Assembly: GCA_040400085.1 (NCBI GenBank)
Contig: JBBAQX010000018.1
Coordinates: forward strand, 162-64,161
Source of the DNA: Lysinibacter sp.
Lineage (GTDB): Bacteria > Actinomycetota > Actinomycetes > Actinomycetales > Microbacteriaceae
Direction: 5' to 3'
DNA length: 64,000 nt
In this document: positions 57,902-64,000 of the stretch, in pieces
Layout of the letters: every line of letters starts with the position of its first letter
Position numbering within the stretch: the stretch's first letter is position 1
Notes under the pieces: generated by a model
Database searches by the model: none
What the model saw: the letters and a program-made list of their open reading frames with translations, nothing else
Told to the model about the DNA's origin: nothing
Position numbers and translations under genes: made by a program

Positions 57902-57981
57902 GATATTTACCTCAGCGATAGTGGGACAGGGCCTTAGGTATAGTACATGTGCGGGTCGCCTTCACGCGACCCGAGTTTGGC

Positions 57982-58809
57982 TTACCTGCCCAGTGCCCAG
58001 ATCGCGACGGCGCTCGCCGCGGCCACGTTGAGCGAATCGATACCGTGCTTCATCGGGATCTGAACCACGGTATCGGCAGCCTCGATCGCCTCCGGAGTGA
58101 GGCCAGCACCCTCTGTGCCCAGCACCAGGGCAACCCGGCGAGGCCTTCCCGCAGCCGCAAACAACGCCTGCTCCGCAGCGAACTCGCGCAGGCTCACCGC
58201 GTCGTCCGTCAACGCAAGGGCAACAATGTGAAACCCCGCCTCCGCGAGCATCACGCGGCTGGGTCCCCACGAAGGGATGCGCGTCCACGGTACCTGCAGA
58301 ACGGTACCCATGCTCACCCGGATCGCGCGACGGTAAAACGGATCCGAGCAGCGCTCGGTCACCAGCACAGCATCCGCCCCAATCGCGCCAACGGAGCGGA
58401 AGATTGATCCCACATTCGTCGGGTCAACAACGTTTTCAAGCACCACGACCGTCTCACTCGACGAGAGAAGATCGCGAGGATTGGGCAGCGGGGGCCTGTC
58501 GAGTGACGCGATGAGGCCCCGATGCAACTCGTAGCCGGTCAGCTCGGCGAGTAGCTCACCAGGGCCCGTAAAAATGGGAACCTCGGGATAAGGCGCAAGA
58601 AGGGCCTCTGCCTCAGCGGTGGTTCCGCCAAGCGACAGCACGCCGCGCGGGACGTGACCCGCCCGCAAAGCCCGCTCCAACACCAGCGCTGACTCTGCAA
58701 TGTAGATTCCGTGCTCGGTCTTCTGGTCGTTCTTGAGCGCAACATCGGTGCGGTGTGCGAAATCGGTGAGCCTCGCATCCGCCAAGCTATCGATAGAAAT
58801 TATGGGCAT
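57982..58809 (-). CDS. TrmH/SpoU-family RNA 2'-O-methyltransferase
   Basis: 275 aa. Contains VLENVVDPTNVGSIFRS, LVLGTEGAGL and IPMKHGIDSLNVAAASAVAIW. Confidence 0.8.
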   Translation of the reverse strand: MPIISIDSLADARLTDFAHRTDVALKNDQKTEHGIYIAESALVLERALRAGHVPRGVLSLGGTTAEAEALLAPYPEVPIFTGPGELLAELTGYELHRGLIASLDRPPLPNPRDLLSSSETVVVLENVVDPTNVGSIFRSVGAIGADAVLVTERCSDPFYRRAIRVSMGTVLQVPWTRIPSWGPSRVMLAEAGFHIVALALTDDAVSLREFAAEQALFAAAGRPRRVALVLGTEGAGLTPEAIEAADTVVQIPMKHGIDSLNVAAASAVAIWALGR

Positions 58810-58837
58810 AGGTCACCCCTCGCAGCAGGCTGAAGCG

Positions 58838-59539
58838 TTAGACTGCGGCTAAGGCCCGCAGCGCGCTCGAAAAGAAACGCAGGCCGTCTATGCCTGACCG
58901 CATCGCTTCTGACGTGTCAGGACCAAAACCGGCTTCGACCGCGTGTTCCGGGTGCGGCATCAGGCCGACAACGTTGCCACGCTCGTTGGTGAGGCCCGCG
59001 ATATCGTCAAGTGAGCCATTGGGATTGATGCCCGCGTACCGGAAGGCGACGAGTCCCTCGCCCTCAACACGCTTCAGAGTTTCGGCGTCGGCGATATAGC
59101 CGCCGTCGCCGTTCTTCAGGGGGATGATGATTTCCTCGCCTGCCGCGAATTCGTTGGTCCAGGCTGTGGAGGCGTTCTCGACCGTGAGCGCCTGGTCGCG
59201 GCGAATAAACTGCTGATGAGCGTTACGGATCAGTCCGCCGGGAAGCAAATGAGCCTCGACCAACATTTGGAATCCATTGCAAATGCCGAGCACGGGCATG
59301 CCCTTATTGGCGGCTGCGATGACCTCGCTCATGATGGGCGAGACGGCCGCGATTGCTCCCGCGCGGAGGTAATCGCCGTAGCTGAACCCACCGGGAAGGA
59401 CAATGGCGTCAACACCCTTGAGATCGTGGTCGCCATGCCACAGCTCGACGGCCTCTGCACCCGCGATGCGAATGGCGCGCTGGGCGTCTCGCTCGTCGAG
59501 GGACCCGGGAAACGTGACAACGCCGATCTTGAACGTCAT
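58838..59539 (-). CDS. purQ: phosphoribosylformylglycinamidine synthase subunit PurQ (glutaminase)
   Basis: 233 aa. Reads [31 protein letters not shown] and MPHPEH. Confidence 0.92.
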   Translation of the reverse strand: MTFKIGVVTFPGSLDERDAQRAIRIAGAEAVELWHGDHDLKGVDAIVLPGGFSYGDYLRAGAIAAVSPIMSEVIAAANKGMPVLGICNGFQMLVEAHLLPGGLIRNAHQQFIRRDQALTVENASTAWTNEFAAGEEIIIPLKNGDGGYIADAETLKRVEGEGLVAFRYAGINPNGSLDDIAGLTNERGNVVGLMPHPEHAVEAGFGPDTSEAMRSGIDGLRFFSSALRALAAV

Positions 59540-59805
59540 GAGGCCGAGGTTCCGTCTGCTGCGTCGAAGTCGATGTTAACGACATCCTCGATAACGGAGT
59601 TCGAGAGGATGCTCTCGGCAATTTCCTGAACATCGGCTCGCAACTCGTCCGTGACAGGTCCGTCGACCGTGAGCTCGAAGCGCTTACCGATGCGAACCTC
59701 GCTGATCCCGCTCTTGCCGAGTCGGGAAAGCGCGCCGGTAACTGCCTTACCCTGCGGGTCGAGCAGCTCGGCTTTGGGCATTACGTCAACAACAATCTTG
59801 GGCAT
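59536..59805 (-). CDS. purS: phosphoribosylformylglycinamidine synthase subunit PurS
   Basis: 89 aa. Reads [26 protein letters not shown] and overlaps purQ by 4 nt. Confidence 0.9.
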   Translation of the reverse strand: MPKIVVDVMPKAELLDPQGKAVTGALSRLGKSGISEVRIGKRFELTVDGPVTDELRADVQEIAESILSNSVIEDVVNIDFDAADGTSAS

Positions 59806-59815
59806 GGTATCTATC

Positions 59816-61057
59816 CTAGACCGATCTCGTGTCGTGCGTTTGGGCCTGAGGCTTTGGGTCCGCGCTGTCCGAACTCGCGAGGCCGGGCTCCGCCCGCCGC
59901 ATCCCCCAGAGCTTCATCACGGGCCAGACCAGCAGACCAACCAGCAGCAGGTTGCGAATGGTGAGGATCACAACGGCGTATAGTTCCCCGTCCACGAGTG
60001 GCATATAGAAGATCGGGAAAACCAGCGTGGTGAGTAGGCCGATCACGGCGGTGAGTATTGCCGGGGTTCGCCAATAACGCGAATTGTAGGCAAGCCCGAC
60101 CGCGACAACCGGGGTAATCCACAATACGTATTGCGGTGACCCAACCTTGTTGAAGACGAAGAAAGCGGTAACCATGCCGAGGGCACCGACCAGGATGAGC
60201 TGGGTTCTATCGGTCTGCTTCTTCATCGCGACCAGCATCAGGATCAGGATGGCACCGATTGCCGCGAACATCAGCGGGTTCATCAGGCTAGAGGTGAATT
60301 CAGCTCCGGGTCCCGATACCTCGCGCGTAGAAATCTGGTGGTTGAAATACGGCTGTGTTCCCGGGATCTTCAGCGAGTAGAGCCAGACCCACGGCGTCGT
60401 TATCGGAGCCTCGAGTTGCAATGCGCGGTCCGTTTGCATCGTCGCAAAACTGATGAAGTGCTTGGCACCGCCAGCGATCACCACCAACACCGCAATCACC
60501 GCAGAGACGGCAGCACCGGCAAGAATAATGTGTATCCTCTTGCGAGATCCCGCGACCACGGCGAGCATTACGGCGGCAGGCCAGACCTTGATCCAGGTGG
60601 CAATCGAGAGAACGATGCTCGCCACAATTGGGCGTCGAGCCAGCAGCATCAATCCCAGCACCACGAGCGGCGACGTAATCCCCTCGAGGCGAAGAAGAGC
60701 CACCGGGCTAAGCAACACGTTCAACAGCAAGAACCACCAGGCAGCGATGTAACCGTCAGTGTTGCGCAGGCGGTCGGTGAGCGCGAGCACGCCGACCGCG
60801 TTCAGGGCGGTAGTCATCAGAAACCAGATGAGCAGGTAAAAGTGTGATCCAAGCAGCTGGGATCCAACGATGGGAACGAGTGCGCCAGCCGGGTAGACCC
60901 ACTGGGTGTCGATTCCCTGCCAGACGTTATTTTCGAGCGCTTGCTGGCCCCAAAAGCGATAGAGCGGCAGATCGCCGAGGGTATCGCCGGCGATGATCGC
61001 GGGTAGAAGAGCGGCTAGGAAGATGAGGTGGATGATGACGAAACCCGCTATGAGCAT
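59816..61057 (-). CDS. polytopic membrane glycosyltransferase-like protein (GT87/DUF2029-like)
   Basis: 413 aa with about 11 TM helices and an N-terminal loop motif (GDLPLYRFWG). The family assignment is by pattern only. Confidence 0.5.
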   Translation of the reverse strand: MLIAGFVIIHLIFLAALLPAIIAGDTLGDLPLYRFWGQQALENNVWQGIDTQWVYPAGALVPIVGSQLLGSHFYLLIWFLMTTALNAVGVLALTDRLRNTDGYIAAWWFLLLNVLLSPVALLRLEGITSPLVVLGLMLLARRPIVASIVLSIATWIKVWPAAVMLAVVAGSRKRIHIILAGAAVSAVIAVLVVIAGGAKHFISFATMQTDRALQLEAPITTPWVWLYSLKIPGTQPYFNHQISTREVSGPGAEFTSSLMNPLMFAAIGAILILMLVAMKKQTDRTQLILVGALGMVTAFFVFNKVGSPQYVLWITPVVAVGLAYNSRYWRTPAILTAVIGLLTTLVFPIFYMPLVDGELYAVVILTIRNLLLVGLLVWPVMKLWGMRRAEPGLASSDSADPKPQAQTHDTRSV

Positions 61058-61311
61058 CCGTCTATTGATCAGCCACTGGTGTAGCCGGTGGGGAAAGTCT
61101 TCGGTGTGCTCGTGCTGCGAGTGTGTAGCTGTGGCGTTTATGGTGTCACCTTTGGTCGTTCGGTCGCTGCCGTTTATTCTAGGGGTCCCAGATGAAGAAT
61201 GCTGGATAAACGCTCTGGTTTACATGCTTTTGTCGCTTTTAGGAGGATGCAAGGAATGCATATCAGCGTAAAAATACAATGTAGAACATGTGCAATAGGA
61301 ATGCTATGCGA

Positions 61312-62148
61312 TTAGTGTCGCACCGGCTGGATAATTAGCTGTCCGCTGACGGGATGAGGGAAGACCTCTACGGGATGCTCGTAAACTTCAGTGATGCGTT
61401 CCGCGGTCAGAACCTCGTGTGGGGTTCCAGAGGCTGCGACTTTTCCCTGCCGCAGAAGCGTGATGGTATCGGCGTAGGCGGCGGCGAGGCCGAGGTCGTG
61501 CAGCACGACAACGACAGCATCCCCCTTGTTGGCACGTTCTTTGACGAGAGAGAGCACGTCTTCTTGGTGTTTCAGGTCGAGCGCCGCCGTCGGTTCGTCA
61601 AGCAGCAGGATACCCGTCTGGCCGGCAATGACGCGGGCAAACGCTGTGCGCGCGCGTTCCCCGCCCGAGAGTGATGGCACCTGACGCCTGCGCAGGTGCG
61701 CGATGTCGGTTGCTTCGATTGCGGATGCTATGGCCGCTTCGTCGTCATCATCTCGCTCCGTTCCCTGCCACGGCGCGCGCCCCATCTCGACCACCTCTTC
61801 GACGGTGAAGGGGAAGAACACTCCGTTGTCTTGCAGGAGGACACCCCGGCGACGTGCCAGCTGCTTAAGGCTGAGGTCGTGGAGCGGGGTTCCCGCGATG
61901 TCAATGCTGCCAGCTGCCGTCGCATGGTCGCCGGTGAGCGCGCCCAGCAGCGTGGATTTTCCGGCGCCGTTTGGACCGATCAGGGCTAAGATCTCGCCCG
62001 CGCGAACGGTGAGATCGACCGCGTCGATCAGGTCGCGGCCGGCGATGTGCACGGTGACCCCGCGCGCCTCGATAGCTACCTCACCCAGCGCGATGGGCGT
62101 GGGGATGGCGTGGCGGGAGTTGTTTTTCTTCGTGCCGGTCATCCCCAA
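61312..62148 (-). CDS. iron-chelate/heme-type ABC transporter ATP-binding protein (FecE/HmuV-like)
   Basis: 278 aa. Walker A GPNGAGKST, signature LSGGERAR and Walker B ILLLDEPT. It overlaps the upstream FecCD permease gene. Confidence 0.85.
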   Translation of the reverse strand: MGMTGTKKNNSRHAIPTPIALGEVAIEARGVTVHIAGRDLIDAVDLTVRAGEILALIGPNGAGKSTLLGALTGDHATAAGSIDIAGTPLHDLSLKQLARRRGVLLQDNGVFFPFTVEEVVEMGRAPWQGTERDDDDEAAIASAIEATDIAHLRRRQVPSLSGGERARTAFARVIAGQTGILLLDEPTAALDLKHQEDVLSLVKERANKGDAVVVVLHDLGLAAAYADTITLLRQGKVAASGTPHEVLTAERITEVYEHPVEVFPHPVSGQLIIQPVRH

Positions 62149-63167
62149 CCTCCGGACTTTTTGCGCGTGCGTCTCAGCAGCCAGAAGAAGAACGGCCCGC
62201 CGACGAGCGCCGTGAGCATTCCGATCGGAAGGTCAGCGTTGGCTACAGCCGTGCGGGCAACGAGATCGGCGAGCAAGAGCAGCACAGACCCGCCGAGCAC
62301 GCTGGCGATGACGAGGGGGCGATGTGCCGGTCCTAGGATCATACGCATCAGGTGGGGTATTACGAGGCCGACAAAGCCGATGACTCCGGCGAAGGCTACG
62401 GCTGCGCCGACGAGCAGCGCGACGATAACAATCACGAAGATACGGAGGCCCTCTACGTTGACGCCCAGGTGGCGCGCACTGCGCTCGCCGAGCGACAACA
62501 GGTCCAGCCTGCGCGCAACGACGATGGAGGAGGTGACGCCTACAACCACGAGCGGGAGGACGATGAGGACCTGGTCCCAGCGCGAACCGTTCAGGCTTCC
62601 CAGCTGCCAGAACACGATCTGCTCGCGCGATGCGGCATCCCCGAGGAATGTCATCAGGGCGAGGCCGGCGTTTGCGAACGCGTTAACAGCGATTCCCGTG
62701 AGCACGAGGGTGACTACTTCGGTCTTGCCGTTTGCACGGCTCATGAGGTAAACGAGAAATGTGGCTATGAGACCCGCGACGAAGGCGGTGACAGCGATGG
62801 TCCAATTGCCGAGGAACGTCCACCCAAACACGATGGTGGCGGATGCTCCCAGAGCTGCCCCCGATGAGACTCCGACAACCCCTGGCTCGGCAAGGGGATT
62901 GCCAAAAATCGCCTGCATGAGAAGGCCTGCGACGGCGAGGGCAGCGCCGACGAGTGCGGCCATTACGATGCGCGGAAAACGCACGGTCCAGAGCGCAATT
63001 TCTGCCGACTGGTTCTCCGGAAGTGGTCCGATATCTAACCCAATGCGGTGCATCACGGCACCAAAAACCTCAAACGGGCTGATGCTGAGTTGGCCGGCGC
63101 CCGCCGACACTAAGACGATCACGACGAGCGCGACGACAAGACCCAGGTTGAGGAGGGAGCGGCGCAC
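62139..63167 (-). CDS. FecCD-family iron-chelate/heme ABC transporter permease
   Basis: 342 aa and multi-spanning, with a C-terminal LPIGMLTALVGGPFFFWLL typical of FecCD/BtuC. Confidence 0.85.
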   Translation of the reverse strand: MRRSLLNLGLVVALVVIVLVSAGAGQLSISPFEVFGAVMHRIGLDIGPLPENQSAEIALWTVRFPRIVMAALVGAALAVAGLLMQAIFGNPLAEPGVVGVSSGAALGASATIVFGWTFLGNWTIAVTAFVAGLIATFLVYLMSRANGKTEVVTLVLTGIAVNAFANAGLALMTFLGDAASREQIVFWQLGSLNGSRWDQVLIVLPLVVVGVTSSIVVARRLDLLSLGERSARHLGVNVEGLRIFVIVIVALLVGAAVAFAGVIGFVGLVIPHLMRMILGPAHRPLVIASVLGGSVLLLLADLVARTAVANADLPIGMLTALVGGPFFFWLLRRTRKKSGGWG

Positions 63168-63184
63168 TCAATCAGTCTATCGAA

Positions 63185-63997
63185 CTAGTTGTGTTCTTCC
63201 GTGGACGAGGGGGAGACTCTCACCCGGACGGTGTTTTTCCACGGATCGTTGAAGAGTAGCTCTCTGCCGTCGTGGGCCGTGGCTACCCCTCTCCTGGCGA
63301 GCCTTTGTTCGAGGGCCCCCATGGCATCCATGCTGGGTAAGCGCACGGATACCTCTCCAAGCCCGAGAGCTGGCGTCCGGTCTCTCGCTCCCCTGCTGTG
63401 CCAGGTGTTCATGCCGAGGTGGTGATGATAGCCGCCCGCGGCGACGAAGAGGGCCTGCGTGCCGTATCTGGCGGTCACCTCGAACCCGACCGTGTCTACA
63501 TAGAACTGTTCCGCGGTCGCAATGTCGCCAACTTTCAGGTGGACGTGGCCGACTCCCGCTGCAGTGTCGGCGACGGCCTCGCTGCCTTCGGGCGTGAGGT
63601 TCTCGCTCAGAAATGCGTTGGGGTCGAGCCAATTTGTGGCCATGGCGACCCCGCCCTTCGACCAGTTCCATTCGGACCGGGGACGATCCCAGTAGAGTTC
63701 GACTCCGTTTCCCTCGGGGTCATCGAAGTAGAGAGCCTTACTCACGAGGTGATCGCTGCTGCCGGTGAATGATCCGCTGAAATTGCGGGCCACCGAGTAC
63801 ACGGATGATGCAAGTTCGGATTGCTGGGGGAAGAGGAACGCCGTGTGAAAAAGCCCCGCCGCGTTCTCTGACGCGTGGGTGAGGCTTGGTTTGTGGGCCA
63901 GGACCAGGCTGGGAATGCCCTGCCTGCCGAGCGTCGCGCTTGACGTGTCGTGGCTGAGGACTTGGAGCCCGACCCCGCGATGGTAGTAATCGATCAT
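63185..63997 (-). CDS. VOC (glyoxalase/extradiol dioxygenase-like) family protein, two-domain
   Basis: 270 aa. Contains HVHLKVGDIATAEQFYVDTVGFEV and DPEGNGVELY type VOC motifs. The start lies close to the window edge. Confidence 0.65.
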   Translation of the reverse strand: MIDYYHRGVGLQVLSHDTSSATLGRQGIPSLVLAHKPSLTHASENAAGLFHTAFLFPQQSELASSVYSVARNFSGSFTGSSDHLVSKALYFDDPEGNGVELYWDRPRSEWNWSKGGVAMATNWLDPNAFLSENLTPEGSEAVADTAAGVGHVHLKVGDIATAEQFYVDTVGFEVTARYGTQALFVAAGGYHHHLGMNTWHSRGARDRTPALGLGEVSVRLPSMDAMGALEQRLARRGVATAHDGRELLFNDPWKNTVRVRVSPSSTEEHN

Positions 63998-64000
63998 TGA

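Overview
This is a high-GC actinobacterial chromosome segment. The actinobacteria-specific ribosomal protein bS22 gene is present, and the gene content looks Micrococcales/Microbacteriaceae-like, though that placement is an inference. Most of the window is ordinary core metabolism and transport:
- mdh, upp, tadA, proC, thyA-folA, and purL plus purQ/purS
- a LacI-controlled sugar ABC operon with Gfo/Idh/MocA and ThuA genes
- TetR-MFS and MerR-MFS efflux pairs, a CDF transporter and an NCS2 permease
- iron/heme-type ABC transporter components

Two accessory regions stand out.

1. Region 23010-34596, ending about 120 nt upstream of tRNA-Tyr, is a compact phage-derived cluster.
- It has an ImmA/XRE versus HTH divergent switch, a complete non-contractile (siphovirus-type) tail module and a lysis cassette.
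- The tail module comprises a tail terminator, tube protein, G/GT chaperones in a -1 frame relationship, tape measure, Dit, a Tal-like protein, fibre candidates and an M23 peptidase.
- The lysis cassette comprises holin-like membrane proteins and a CHAP lysin.
- It has no capsid, portal, terminase, head-tail adaptor, replication or integrase genes.
- I read it as a candidate F-type tailocin (headless phage-tail bacteriocin) rather than a prophage.
- It also carries a repeated candidate operator, duplicated terminator modules ahead of the tail genes, and a strikingly AT-rich tape-measure gene.

2. Region ~37.0-46.3 kb lies downstream of tRNA-Thr and tRNA-Met.
- It contains two ECF-like sigma factors fused to transmembrane C-terminal extensions. 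One carries an anti-sigma zf-HC2 motif in the same polypeptide.
- It also contains a 1054-aa LAxTG-anchored surface protein, a GntR plus membrane-protein pair, and several short repeat arrays.

Functional calls come from reading the translated ORFs by eye, and no database search was possible.
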